A stretch of 64,000 bases of DNA from an uncultured cyanobacterium (lineage in GTDB: Bacteria; Cyanobacteriota; Cyanobacteriia; Cyanobacteriales; Cyanobacteriaceae): NCBI GenBank assembly GCA_963749915.1, contig CAVVOP010000021.1, positions 576,001-640,000 on the forward strand. Direction: 5' to 3'. Both the position numbers and the translations under genes were made by a program. This document shows, piece after piece, positions 41,637 through 53,391 of the stretch (position 1 is its first letter; each line of letters starts with the position of its first letter). The notes under the pieces are model-generated. The model had not been told where the DNA came from and ran no database searches. It saw nothing but the letters and a program-made list of their open reading frames with translations.

Positions 41637-42536
41637 TTAAAACTGTCGATAAAAATTTACAACTTCTGTCAAAAATTCCTCCGTTGATTCGTAGGGTAAA
41701 ACATTACGTCCTTTAATTTTTTTAGCTTCAACATTAGCAATATTTTTTTTGTATAATTCTATTCTTTGATCTGGAGTTTCTTTAAAACCTTCTTTACTAA
41801 TGCTAGTAGCAGCTTCTCCTATTAAAAGTAAAATTTTTTGTTCTAATTTTTTCATTAATTTCGAATAATCTTTTCGCCAAAAACCAGCTAAAAATGAGAA
41901 TACAGCATAACGATTTTGAGGATCAATCGCCCCTTTTTCTAACAGATCTAACCATTCATTGTCAACGTCTTTAGCCTCTGCAAATAATTGTTTAATAGAG
42001 AAAGATTTAATAAAATCACGGCGGCGGGCATAATTATAAAATAAAGAACCAATAAAAGAGTCAAAAAATAAATTCCAAATAATTTCACTAATTCTGAGAT
42101 TTCCGCCAATAGTCATAATATTCCATGCGGGAGGACCAGATAAAATTAAACCTTTAATTAAATCTGATTTAGCATCTCCTGCTGACATATAAATACTAAT
42201 GGGAAAAGACGCACCCTGAACAACTAAAATAACCGGCTTCTTGACCACATTATTAATAAAATAATTGAGTTGATTTCCCCAATCTTTAGGATCATAAGCA
42301 ATACGAGGTAAGTCGCTTTGACCACAACCTAATAAATCGGGATTATAAATAGGTAAATTACTGTTAAAATTAGCTTCGGCAGATAGAAAACGATGCCAAA
42401 AAATACCTGATAAACCGACACCAATAGGATGAATTAACACTAATGCTAAATCGTGCTCTTTGTCCGTGTTATAGCTAGTATAAGCACATTTGTATTTATT
42501 CCAAGAATAATATTGAGTTGATGATAAAAATGTCAT
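41637..42536 (-). CDS. Alpha/beta fold hydrolase
   Basis: LIHPIGVGLS, PDLLGCG.S, GRNVLPYE; start uncertain. Confidence 0.85.
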   Translation of the reverse strand: MTFLSSTQYYSWNKYKCAYTSYNTDKEHDLALVLIHPIGVGLSGIFWHRFLSAEANFNSNLPIYNPDLLGCGQSDLPRIAYDPKDWGNQLNYFINNVVKKPVILVVQGASFPISIYMSAGDAKSDLIKGLILSGPPAWNIMTIGGNLRISEIIWNLFFDSFIGSLFYNYARRRDFIKSFSIKQLFAEAKDVDNEWLDLLEKGAIDPQNRYAVFSFLAGFWRKDYSKLMKKLEQKILLLIGEAATSISKEGFKETPDQRIELYKKNIANVEAKKIKGRNVLPYESTEEFLTEVVNFYRQF

Positions 42537-42564
42537 GGTTTGATTTAATAAAATATAAGCTAAA

Positions 42565-43065
42565 ATGGACATATCTAATGGTAGTTTAAATTGGATTGAT
42601 TGGGAAATTACCACGAAATTTAGCTTTAGCAAAGGATCGAATTGCAGTTTGAAAATTCCCCAACAGAAATATTTTCAAGTCAAAAGTGATTTGATTTATT
42701 TAAAGGAAGTATTGCGTCAGTTTGAATCGATAAGACAAAAATGGGTTACTCAAAAAGACTGGTTACTGTGTCAATTGGCTTTGGCAGAAGCCTTTACCAA
42801 TGCAGTGCGTCACGCACACAAAAACAAACCTTCAGAAACTCCCATCGACATAGAAATTAAAGTGACAGAAGAAGAAATAAACATCAAAATGTGGGATTAT
42901 GGACAGCCGTTTGAATTAACATCGGTATTAAAACCAACATCTTCCAGAAGGAATTTAGCCTCTGGGGGGAGAGGCATTGAGATTCTACTGAAAATCGCTG
43001 ATGAATTAAAATACGATCGTCTACCAGACAATCGTAATTGTTTATTGATTAAGAAAAATTTATGA
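42565..43065 (+). CDS. Anti-sigma factor-like ATP-binding protein (RsbW/HATPase_c)
   Basis: EAFTNAVRH, WDYGQPF, GGRG; start may be downstream. Confidence 0.88.
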   Translation: MDISNGSLNWIDWEITTKFSFSKGSNCSLKIPQQKYFQVKSDLIYLKEVLRQFESIRQKWVTQKDWLLCQLALAEAFTNAVRHAHKNKPSETPIDIEIKVTEEEINIKMWDYGQPFELTSVLKPTSSRRNLASGGRGIEILLKIADELKYDRLPDNRNCLLIKKNL

Positions 43066-43231
43066 TCGACATCGATTTTCAGGGCACAAAAAGCCCCAAA
43101 GATTTTACTTGCGTAGTATTAATATTATACTACAAAAAACACATTGGCCAACAGAGTCAATTATGTTATTTTTAGTTAAACTAAAAATAATTCAAGATAA
43201 TTGATAATAAGACAAAAACATTAAACAAAAA

Positions 43232-44560
43232 ATGAAACCTGTCCGTATTAGTCGAATTATTCCTAATTCCATCGCCGCTGAAATGGGTTTTGAAATAGGA
43301 GATTCTCTTGTCAATATTAATGGAATGCCGCCGAGAGATTTGATAGATTATCAATTTTTGTGTGCCGATGAATTTTTAGAATTAGAGATAGTTGATAAGT
43401 GGGGAAAAAAGCATCTTTTAGAAATAGAAAAAGACTATGATGAAGACCTGGGTTTAGAGTTTGAAACGGCACTTTTTGACGGCTTAATTCAGTGTAATAA
43501 TAAATGTCCTTTTTGTTTTATTGATCAACAGCCTCAAGGTAAAAGAAAAACTCTTTATCTTAAAGATGATGATTATCGTCTTAGTTTTCTCTATGGTAGT
43601 TATTTAACTTTAACTAATTTGACTGAAAAAGAGTGGACAAGAATTGAACACATGCGGTTATCCCCTCTTTATGTATCAGTTCATGCTACTGAGCCAGAAA
43701 TTAGGAGTCGTTTACTAAAAAATCATCGCGCGGCGGAAATCAAACAACAATTAGCATGGTTTGAAGAAAAACGTTTACAAATTCACGCTCAAGTGGTAGT
43801 TTGTCCTAATATTAATGATGGTCAACACCTCGAAACGACTTTACTAGATTTATTCTCTTTCCATAATGGTGATATTCCTGCAGTTATTAGCACCGCTGTG
43901 GTGCCCGTAGGGTTAACGAAATTTCGACCTGACAAAGATGAATTAATCCCTGTTACCCGTGAAAAGGCCTTAGAAGTTATCGCCCAAGTGCAACAATTAC
44001 AGATAAAATTTAGGGAAAAATCGGGCTCAACTTTCACATGGTTAGCAGATGAATGGTTTTTGCTCGCACAATCGGAGTTACCACCAGAATCCCACTATGA
44101 AGATTATCCTCAAATTGGTAACGGTGTCGGTTCAATTCGTCAATTTATCAAGGAATTTTACACCATCGCTGATGACAAATTACCCTTAAAAATGTCATCG
44201 CAAAAAAGATTTACATGGATAGTGGGTAATGCCGTAGAAACTGCTTTTCAACCCTTAGTTAATCGACTTAATCAAGTTAAAAATTTAGAAGTTAATTTAG
44301 TAGCCTTAAATAGTCAATATTGGGGGCAAGAAATTACGGTAACTGGTTTGTTAACAGGGGAAGATTTACTTTATCATTTACCTAATCGTCATTTAGCCTC
44401 GGAAATTTTACTCCCTACCGTAATGTTAAAACATGATGAGCAAAAATTTTTAGATGATATTACTGTTGTGCAAGTGGAGGAAAAATTAGGCGTTATTATT
44501 CATCCTGTTAAAGATATTAATGATTTAATCAATAAACTTGTGGCAGGGGCAAAAGAATAG
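43232..44560 (+). CDS. PDZ + radical SAM protein (TIGR03279/DUF512 type)
   Basis: CNNKCPFC, KDDDYRLSFLYG. Confidence 0.9.
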   Translation: MKPVRISRIIPNSIAAEMGFEIGDSLVNINGMPPRDLIDYQFLCADEFLELEIVDKWGKKHLLEIEKDYDEDLGLEFETALFDGLIQCNNKCPFCFIDQQPQGKRKTLYLKDDDYRLSFLYGSYLTLTNLTEKEWTRIEHMRLSPLYVSVHATEPEIRSRLLKNHRAAEIKQQLAWFEEKRLQIHAQVVVCPNINDGQHLETTLLDLFSFHNGDIPAVISTAVVPVGLTKFRPDKDELIPVTREKALEVIAQVQQLQIKFREKSGSTFTWLADEWFLLAQSELPPESHYEDYPQIGNGVGSIRQFIKEFYTIADDKLPLKMSSQKRFTWIVGNAVETAFQPLVNRLNQVKNLEVNLVALNSQYWGQEITVTGLLTGEDLLYHLPNRHLASEILLPTVMLKHDEQKFLDDITVVQVEEKLGVIIHPVKDINDLINKLVAGAKE

Positions 44561-44622
44561 AGAATTATAAATGTCGCCTCCACTTTTATTTTTCTTTTCC
44601 GTTCCCCATTCTCCAGTTTTGA

Positions 44623-45231
44623 TTATTGATTAAATAAACGAAATACTCCTTGTACAACCCCTTGAATTTCCACTTGATCTCTGGGGACAGAAATATCTTC
44701 ATAATTAGGATTAGAGACTTTGAGAATTAGTTTCTCGTCGGTAAAATAAATTTTTTTTAATGTTGTACTGTACCCTCCCACTCGTGCGGCAACAATTTCC
44801 CCTTCTTTAACTTCCTCAATGTCAGAAACCGATCTCATGATTATATAGTCACCTCCGATAATTTTGTCTTCGATCATGCTATCTCCCAATACCTTTAAGG
44901 CAAAACAGTTAGATTGATGAAATAAAGAGTCAAAATCAATTTTTTCCTGTTCATCGGTAAAGGGTTCCACTAATCCTCCTGGGGTAATTTTCCCTAATAC
45001 AGATAATCCTTGATCATGATTCTTTAAAATCTTTAGAGTACGTGCTTGTCCTTCTGACCAGTCAATATAACCTTTCGTACGCATTTTCTCCAGACGACTT
45101 TGAATCGGGGCAGGCGATCGCAAATTCATGGCCTTCATCATTTCCCGAATAGAAGGAGAATGTTTATTAGTGTGAATGTACTGAATCAACCAATCATATA
45201 ACTGTTTTTGAGCCGGAGTTAAAGTTTCCAT
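44623..45231 (-). CDS. lexA: LexA repressor
   Basis: LTPAQ...SPSIRE...RSPAPIQ HTH; GDSM and TLK catalytic motifs; cleavage site reads TPG. Confidence 0.93.
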   Translation of the reverse strand: METLTPAQKQLYDWLIQYIHTNKHSPSIREMMKAMNLRSPAPIQSRLEKMRTKGYIDWSEGQARTLKILKNHDQGLSVLGKITPGGLVEPFTDEQEKIDFDSLFHQSNCFALKVLGDSMIEDKIIGGDYIIMRSVSDIEEVKEGEIVAARVGGYSTTLKKIYFTDEKLILKVSNPNYEDISVPRDQVEIQGVVQGVFRLFNQ

Positions 45232-45292
45232 AGTTTCGCTATTAATTGAAGAAGTAATTGAGAATCAATATTCATTAATACTAATTTAACCT

Positions 45293-45306
45293 AGAACACT
45301 CGTACT
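45293..45306 (-). promoter_or_regulatory. LexA box upstream of lexA
   Basis: AGTACGAGTGTTCT fits the cyanobacterial consensus RGTACNNNDGTWCB. Confidence 0.75.
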
Positions 45307-45329
45307 AAACAACTATTTTGATAAAATTG

Positions 45330-45923
45330 TTAATTACTCATTGCCAATTGCCAATGATCACCTTCATTAACTATCTTGGCAAGAGAACACAAGGAGGTTT
45401 TCATCTCCACATCATCACCTAGTAGACTTTTTCCGATACCGATGACGGAAATACTATGACCAATCAATAGTAAATTTCCCTCAAATTCGGCCGTTAATAG
45501 TTGAGCAATTTTTTTCATTCTCGTTAAAACCATTGCTTCAGTTTCAGGATATATTGGTATGATTTGCGATCGATAATCCCAATCAATACGAGGATAGATA
45601 CTTTCTAATTCTTCACGGGGATGAATAACAGGTTTTGCCGACATCCAGTCAGGATTATGCCATTCCCCTAAACCAGCTTCTAGTTTAATCTTTAAATCGA
45701 GTATTTCCCCTAAAATATGAGCGGTTTGAATTGTCCGTAAAAAAGGAGAAGCGATAATATGATTTATCGGCTCATCTTTTAACTTTCGTGCTAATTCTTG
45801 AACTTGAATTCTACCATCAAAAGATAAAGGCGGATCATAGCGTCTCAAAGCGGTATCAAACCACAGTGGATAAACAAAATCAAATCTATTACCGTGTCTA
45901 ACAATCCATAATGTTAAGGACAT
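45330..45923 (-). CDS. Histidine phosphatase family protein
   Basis: VRHG, SPFLRTIQTA, LIGH. Confidence 0.9.
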   Translation of the reverse strand: MSLTLWIVRHGNRFDFVYPLWFDTALRRYDPPLSFDGRIQVQELARKLKDEPINHIIASPFLRTIQTAHILGEILDLKIKLEAGLGEWHNPDWMSAKPVIHPREELESIYPRIDWDYRSQIIPIYPETEAMVLTRMKKIAQLLTAEFEGNLLLIGHSISVIGIGKSLLGDDVEMKTSLCSLAKIVNEGDHWQLAMSN

Positions 45924-46107
45924 TATTTAACGTCTAATTTCAAATACAGCTTGGCAACCTTGATCAACCCAAATTCCATCTCCATCTTATCCCCATGTAT
46001 CTCCCAGACAATATCCAGAGTTACTAAGTTGACGCTTCATAACCACTCGATCACGACGATCAATATTTTGCGAATATGTTTTCCATGACTTATGTTTAGA
46101 AAAAGGA

Positions 46108-47865
46108 TTAGGTTTTAGAAGACGTCTCAGAATGAGGAGTTTCCATGATGTGAGTTTGCTGAGGAACGCCAATTTCGATACCGTTTGCTTCTAGTGCCTT
46201 TCTTACCCGAAAGCGAAATTCTCTACCCACAGACCAGTGTTCTCCCGGTGCAGTTTTGATCCAGGTGGTCAGAGATAATCCGCTGTGGGACACATTATCA
46301 ATACCCAAAACATCGGGAGGGGCTACAATTTTGCCGTGCCATTCTGGGTCGTCATAAAGTCCCTGAGCGGTCTGTTTTAAAACGGATAAGGCTTTCTCTG
46401 GATCTGTGTCATAGGCAACATCAATAGTAAAGTTAACCCGCGACCAGCTCCGTGTTAGGTTTTTCACGTCACGAATAATACTGTTAGGAATAGTAACCAG
46501 TTCACCGCCCCCACTGCGTAACTGGGTCACTCGCAAGTTGAGATTTTCCACTAAGCCTGCCGCCGTTCCCAAATCAACTACATCCCCGATGGCATATTGA
46601 TCCTCGGCTAAAATTAAGAAACCATTAACGAGATCATTCATCAAATTCTGCGAACCAAAGGAAATGGCTAAACCAAGTAAACCCCCAATGGCTAAAACAG
46701 ATCCAGTGGGAATTCCCAATATACTCAAAACTGCGAGAAGTCCTGTGGTCGCAATTATCACCGTAGCCAATCCTTTTACGGCACCGGCGATGGTTTCAGT
46801 CCGTAGTTTACTCCGCTGAGCGTCCCCTAAATGAATAAACCTCGTGAAATTATTATTTTCCCAACTAGTTCTTACTTTATCTATGAGGCCACGACTAAGA
46901 CGAATAGCTAGACCGGTGAAAAACCAGATAAGCAATAATTTGACGGGAATACCGAGAAAGCTATAGCGATATTGAGCAAGGATAGGAATCCGACTTAACA
47001 ACTGAAACAATCCAGTGTACCATCCCACAATCAACAGCCAGAATAGTAGCCATTGAAATAAATCTAACAGCCCTAATTGGCGATCCAAGGTGATAACATG
47101 CTGGAGTTTTTGCAAAAACTGGGAAAGTTTTTGAGACAACTGTTCTTCTTCGGACTCTAAGGAGGCATTTGAGACGGGATCATGTGGTGACTCAACAGAG
47201 GATGATTCTCTTAGTTCCTGTTTCCGTTTCCATAACGCTTTTTGTCGTTTTGACAACCCGTATTTCAGCGCAACGATAATGACTGTCAAGACAAGCAACC
47301 CCATGATAATTTTCAGAAGTGTAATTGGGTCTTGTTCCCACTTTTCGAGTCCACGTCGCAGATCTTTTTCCACAATTTCGCGCCACTTCTGGGCTAGTTC
47401 GTCAATAGGAATACCATTAATATCCGCATCTAAATCTGTCACTGATAACAGAACCAATGGACGGGTATATTTATCATCCCTAGCACTGATAATGGTTACA
47501 TTGTTCAACTGAGAAACTCCAACTATTAGGGTTTTTAAGTTCATGGGACGAAATATCGCAAATTGTAAACGTCCCCGTATCTGATCCGCACGATCTTCCA
47601 CCGGTAGATTTCCCCCCTCCTGATTACTACGATCGGACACAGTGGGAGAGGCGATGAGAAATAGTTCTCTTCCATCAACAGGAGACATTACATCAATCGT
47701 TTCAATATTGCCGTAGCGAGTGACATTAACAGGAGGTTTTTTACTGCTACTATTATTACCGTCAGGTAGAGAAAATTGGGCTTGGCTTTGATATCCTATT
47801 GCTAAAACAATACTACAGGACAAAGCTATCATTAAAAAAAAGCTGAGAATTCGTCTTAATTTCAT
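46108..47865 (-). CDS. MscS family mechanosensitive channel
   Basis: GLAISFGSQ, EDQYAIGD, LRVTQLR, TIPNS. Confidence 0.92.
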   Translation of the reverse strand: MKLRRILSFFLMIALSCSIVLAIGYQSQAQFSLPDGNNSSSKKPPVNVTRYGNIETIDVMSPVDGRELFLIASPTVSDRSNQEGGNLPVEDRADQIRGRLQFAIFRPMNLKTLIVGVSQLNNVTIISARDDKYTRPLVLLSVTDLDADINGIPIDELAQKWREIVEKDLRRGLEKWEQDPITLLKIIMGLLVLTVIIVALKYGLSKRQKALWKRKQELRESSSVESPHDPVSNASLESEEEQLSQKLSQFLQKLQHVITLDRQLGLLDLFQWLLFWLLIVGWYTGLFQLLSRIPILAQYRYSFLGIPVKLLLIWFFTGLAIRLSRGLIDKVRTSWENNNFTRFIHLGDAQRSKLRTETIAGAVKGLATVIIATTGLLAVLSILGIPTGSVLAIGGLLGLAISFGSQNLMNDLVNGFLILAEDQYAIGDVVDLGTAAGLVENLNLRVTQLRSGGGELVTIPNSIIRDVKNLTRSWSRVNFTIDVAYDTDPEKALSVLKQTAQGLYDDPEWHGKIVAPPDVLGIDNVSHSGLSLTTWIKTAPGEHWSVGREFRFRVRKALEANGIEIGVPQQTHIMETPHSETSSKT

Positions 47866-48038
47866 GGAGATACTGGATAATTAGAGTTTGTTTTTACAAT
47901 ATTTGAGATAAATGAAAGTTAACGAACGTTAATTATCAAAGGCTTTCCATGCTCATGCTATCCTATGCTATCTTGTAAATCAAGTTAAAAGATAAAAAAG
48001 GGGGGTATTTTTTGGGAAACCTTGAAGTTAAGGGGTTT

Positions 48039-48291
48039 ATGTTGTTAGTCAGCAAATTTTTACACTTAATAATCCAAGCTCTCCTACCCAGCCCAGAAAT
48101 CTGGAATTATTTTGCCCTATCTGCTGTCGATTGTCGGAACCATTGTTCTCTACATTCCTTGGATTATTACGTTGCTAACGGCAGGCGACCGCACCTTCGA
48201 GTCTTCAAATTGGATCCGTTCACCTGCCGATTTTCCCTATTTACTCAAGTTTTGGACATTGAGTTTTAGTTTTTTAACCGAACAGTATTGA
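48039..48291 (+). pseudogene. Fragment of a membrane protein gene (possibly GT39/ArnT-like)
   Basis: One frame reads LPYLLSIVGTIVLYIPWIITLL...SNWI...LLKFWTLSFS with no in-frame start. Confidence 0.4.
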
Positions 48292-48316
48292 CATTTTGTC
48301 CAATTTAAATTATAAT
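48288..48316 (+). promoter_or_regulatory. Consensus sigma70 promoter
   Basis: TTGACA-N17-TATAAT. Confidence 0.8.
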
Positions 48317-48566
48317 GGAAATCGCAATCAAGTAGGGCTTAATACTCTCTGAACCTGATGGGGAGCCTAGTGGGCTGTGACCAGAATAAGTGTTTTCTTA
48401 TTTGACCGGTGAATTGTCTTCCGAAGGAGAGCGAGTAACCTAAAAAACCAAATATTTGGTGTATTCGAGCGTGTTTTAACCGGTTTAAACCGAGAGTCTT
48501 AGCTTATTTGTTGTCGCAACACAAGACATAAAGTTTATTTCTCAAAGAAAAAGGAGTACGAAAACA

Positions 48567-48719
48567 ATGTTAGAAATGCACCAGAATTTAACAGAGGAAG
48601 ATCGCAAAAAAAACGAGTATTTAGATAAAATTAACCATGAACCGTGGCCCGTCATTTTTTTTGCTGGCATTATATTTATTTTTCTCTTCACTATATTAGT
48701 ACTCATTGGCGTTTTCTAG
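48567..48719 (+). CDS. 50-aa single-pass membrane protein, not in the ORF track
   Basis: AAGGAG RBS; MLEMHQNLTEEDRKKNEYLDKINHEPWPVIFFAGIIFIFLFTILVLIGVF. Confidence 0.65.
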   Translation: MLEMHQNLTEEDRKKNEYLDKINHEPWPVIFFAGIIFIFLFTILVLIGVF

Positions 48720-48960
48720 TACATCTCTCCCAGATGATGGATTGTCAAGAACTAAAAATAATTTAAGGGGAAGAGTCGTCAGCAAAGGCACGGAAAAACG
48801 GACTGGGTCAGAGTTGATTTATTATTCGCTTGACTTTAAGTGGGCATAACTCTGATGTGTTGGTCTTTATGCCGAACCTATGGCATCTCATTCGTTATGG
48901 TTAAAGAGAATATTTTATGTTGCACCAAAAATATCTAGAAAAAAATTAGGGAGAAAAGAG

Positions 48961-49176
48961 ATGTTTTTACAGACTAAGTCTAGTAAGGATTTAATCGAGG
49001 TTCTCGATCTGGAGAAATTATTCAATCCTTGTGGAAAACAATTTATGGGAAGATCTCATTGTGGGGAAGAAATGCAAGAGCCTCAGATGTATGACAAAGA
49101 GGAGATGACTTTTCCCTCTGGAGAAAATCTCCCTCGTTGTTGGTTGGAAAGTCAAAACTGTCTAAGAGAATTTTAG
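48961..49176 (+). CDS. Conserved small cyanobacterial protein (often labelled acetyltransferase; function unproven)
   Basis: MFL...GEEMQEP...FPSGENLPRCW; RBS GGGAGA. Confidence 0.75.
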   Translation: MFLQTKSSKDLIEVLDLEKLFNPCGKQFMGRSHCGEEMQEPQMYDKEEMTFPSGENLPRCWLESQNCLREF

Positions 49177-49206
49177 TTCACAACTAAATTACTGATTGGG
49201 GTAAAG

Positions 49207-49258
49207 GAAAGCCCCGCCATCGCGAATCTCCAGCATTCTCGGTGGGGTTTTCGTTTTT
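49207..49258 (+). terminator. Terminator-like hairpin
   Basis: GAAAGCCCCGCC...GGTGGGGTTTTC followed by a T run. Confidence 0.55.
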
Positions 49259-49290
49259 GTCAAAGGGGGAAGTTCGGTAATAACAATGTT

Positions 49291-49521
49291 CTATTTTTGA
49301 ATTCTCTCAAACTGGGGAGTTTTATCCGTTAGTCCAAATTGAGTCATTACTTTAATTAAAACTACAGATACCGCTGCACCGATTATTAAACCTATTGTTA
49401 AAAGAATGATAAATAATTTTTGAAATTCTCGTTTTTTTTGAGGGGATATTTTTTCTAGTTCCTCTTGATCAATTTGTTGATTATTATTATCGTTATTGGG
49501 GTTAAAAAAAGGGTTATTCAT
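49291..49521 (-). CDS. Small membrane hypothetical protein
   Basis: One TM helix followed by FGLTD. Confidence 0.7.
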   Translation of the reverse strand: MNNPFFNPNNDNNNQQIDQEELEKISPQKKREFQKLFIILLTIGLIIGAAVSVVLIKVMTQFGLTDKTPQFERIQK

Positions 49522-49709
49522 ATATCAATTTCCGCAAGGATTGGTAGAGTTAAATGGAAAAAAGGAACATGGAATTAACGATTATTCACTATACACTATA
49601 GACCACAAAAAAAACCGCCTACTAAATAATTTCAGTAAACGGCTTTTTTGGCCTAACATTATTTTGAGTCTTGATAGATGCTTCTAAAGCCCTTTTATTG
49701 TTTATTGGT

Positions 49710-50273
49710 TTAGCCTTTTTTGCGGGGTGCAACAATGCCAATAATATTCTTATTAGGATCATCTAATACTTTAATGCCTTCAGAAAGAACCAAATTAGCC
49801 ACAGGGAAAGTTTTACCAATGTCAATGTTACTAATATCCATTTCTAAATATTGAGGAATATTAGTAGGCAGACAACGGACTTTAACCTCTGTTACCATTT
49901 GCTCCATAATACCACCTTGGGCAATACCGATGGAGTGACCCACAATTTTTAAGGGCACGACGACTTCTACCTCATTGTCTCCGGAAGGACAGAAGAAACT
50001 AATATGATGTAAATTACGTTTCCACGGGTGGGTTTGTACTTCTCTAATCAAGACTTTACCATTCCAATCAAGTTCGGGAATAGCTAAATCTACCAGAGTA
50101 TTGTTAACGGAAGCGTTTTTTAATAAGGTAATAGCTTCTTTATGACCCAATACTAAAGATATTGCCTCCGCACCACTATGACCATATAAATTAGCGGGAA
50201 TAAAACCTTCACGGCGTAATGCTCTAGGCTTACTACCTTCAGGTCTAGTCTTACATTCTAATGTTACTTCCAT
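49710..50273 (-). CDS. rplY: 50S ribosomal protein L25/Ctc
   Basis: [21 protein letters not shown]. Confidence 0.95.
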   Translation of the reverse strand: MEVTLECKTRPEGSKPRALRREGFIPANLYGHSGAEAISLVLGHKEAITLLKNASVNNTLVDLAIPELDWNGKVLIREVQTHPWKRNLHHISFFCPSGDNEVEVVVPLKIVGHSIGIAQGGIMEQMVTEVKVRCLPTNIPQYLEMDISNIDIGKTFPVANLVLSEGIKVLDDPNKNIIGIVAPRKKG

Positions 50274-50381
50274 TTTACTTAGTTGATTTCCTTATAAGTT
50301 TGAATGTTGTTGGTGTTTCGAAAAAGAAATTAAATTACTATTAACTATAAAGACAATGGTAAGTTATACAAGGGGACTTAG

Positions 50382-51785
<1,404 letters not shown>

Positions 51786-51836
51786 TTATTAATTGACCAG
51801 TGGGGCAAACCCACACCTTTCTTTAAAAAGAACAGA

Positions 51837-52130
51837 TTAAAGATTCACCCATGCCTGAGTAGAAACATTTAAAAATCTTGAAAAACTTTTAGACTCCTCC
51901 AGGTCATCAAAAACAGTCAACTCTCTGGGCTTACAACGTCTCATTCTAACCACTATACCCTTAGCACCTTCTTCCTTTAAATCTTCAATATAACCGTATT
52001 GTCCGACAATAGCCTCTTTTGGGCTGAGAAAAGGTCCAAAATAATAAGTACATCTGGGGTTATCGGTACTAATTTCTAACCAACAAGCAAGTCCAACTAA
52101 GTCCAAAATTCTGATCAATAATTCTTTCAT
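51837..52130 (-). CDS. DUF1816 family protein
   Basis: PRCTYYFGPF...GYIEDL..EGA...RCKPRELT. Confidence 0.88.
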   Translation of the reverse strand: MKELLIRILDLVGLACWLEISTDNPRCTYYFGPFLSPKEAIVGQYGYIEDLKEEGAKGIVVRMRRCKPRELTVFDDLEESKSFSRFLNVSTQAWVNL

Positions 52131-52286
52131 GTGATTTTCCTAGGATTTGATTATTTTTAGTTTTTTTTGAATGATAGTCTATAATCCGGCTAACTAAAAT
52201 CTAATTGTGTAAGATTTTTACCTGTTGAGATTTATTTTTACTTTAGTGTTTGCTCATTGACAAGGGGTGATTTACCCCAATATTTT

Positions 52287-53183
52287 TTAATCAGACTTAT
52301 CTACAAGTTGCTGACGATATACTTCGTAAAGAAAAATCGCCGTCGCTACTGAAGCATTGAGACTAGGAGTTTTTCCTGCCATGGGAATCGACACTAAGAA
52401 ATCACAGGATTTTGCCGTTGATTGACTAATTCCTTTTTCCTCCGAGCCTATGACCAATCCTATCGCACCTTGCAATTTAGTTTTGTGTAAAACATTACCA
52501 CTATCTACTACAGTGCCATAAATCCAAAAACCGGCTTTTTTCAGTTCGGCGATCGCATTTTGTAAATTAACCACTCTAGCCACAGGGAAATATTCTAAAG
52601 CCCCTGCAGCAACTTTTTTTACTGTTGAAGTAACACTTACAGATCTTCGTTGAGGTATGACTAGGCCTTGCATACCTAAAGCCTCCGCTGTGCGAATAAT
52701 AGCACCTAAGTTATGGGGATCATTGATCCCGTCAGCTATAATGATTACCGGATTTTCACTATTAGCTTTTGCCTGAGTAATTAACTCAGGTAATTCTAAA
52801 TATTCATAAGGGGCGACGGTGGCGGCAACTCCCTGATGATTAGCACAATGAGTAATTTGATTGAGGCGATTATTCTCCACTACGTCAATTACTGTACCAT
52901 TGGCTTTGGCTTGAGGCAATAATGGTTCAAAACGGGGATCATAAAGCAGTTTTCCGATAATATAAAGGCGGTTTAATTGATGATTATTCTTTAGCGCCGC
53001 TAAGACAGGATGACAACCATAAATCAAATCTGGCGAATCGGTTTCGGTGTAAGCTTCCGGGGGGACAAATTCTCTTTCTTGATGAATTTTATGATAAGGG
53101 TTGATTTCTTTCTTTTTATGGGGTTTAGAAAAAGTTTTCGATTTCATGGGTGATGAGATAGATAATAGATAAATTTCCGTCAC
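52287..53183 (-). CDS. rlmB: 23S rRNA G2251 methyltransferase
   Basis: [29 protein letters not shown]. Confidence 0.93.
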   Translation of the reverse strand: MTEIYLLSISSPMKSKTFSKPHKKKEINPYHKIHQEREFVPPEAYTETDSPDLIYGCHPVLAALKNNHQLNRLYIIGKLLYDPRFEPLLPQAKANGTVIDVVENNRLNQITHCANHQGVAATVAPYEYLELPELITQAKANSENPVIIIADGINDPHNLGAIIRTAEALGMQGLVIPQRRSVSVTSTVKKVAAGALEYFPVARVVNLQNAIAELKKAGFWIYGTVVDSGNVLHKTKLQGAIGLVIGSEEKGISQSTAKSCDFLVSIPMAGKTPSLNASVATAIFLYEVYRQQLVDKSD

Positions 53184-53200
53184 TGGTAAAGCCTGACTAT

Positions 53201-53236
53201 TTACTATAGATAAAATTACTATAGATAAAATTACTA
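53201..53236. repeat. 15-bp tandem repeat TTACTATAGATAAAA, about 2.4 copies
   Basis: Direct reading. Confidence 0.8.
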
Positions 53237-53262
53237 ATAATTTTCAGCTAACAGTACTTTGT

Positions 53263-53296
53263 TGACACTCCACTGGAGAAATCCGAGTGATTCTTC
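53263..53296. mobile_element. Possible IS200/IS605-family end remnant
   Basis: TTGACACTCCACTGGAGAAATCCGAGTGATTCTT resembles the hairpin ends of these elements. Confidence 0.4.
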
Positions 53297-53391
53297 TATT
53301 TTAGGTTTTTTCAATGTCTTTATTTATTTTTTTAACAAGAATTATCTTGATTAAGTAATAATAATAAGGTGTTGTAATTGTGAGGCGAGAA

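Noticed and set aside
48330..48510. TPP, c-di-AMP, glycine or fluoride riboswitch
   Set aside because: Only isolated words match (GAACCTGAT, CCGAAGGAG); the other conserved cores are missing
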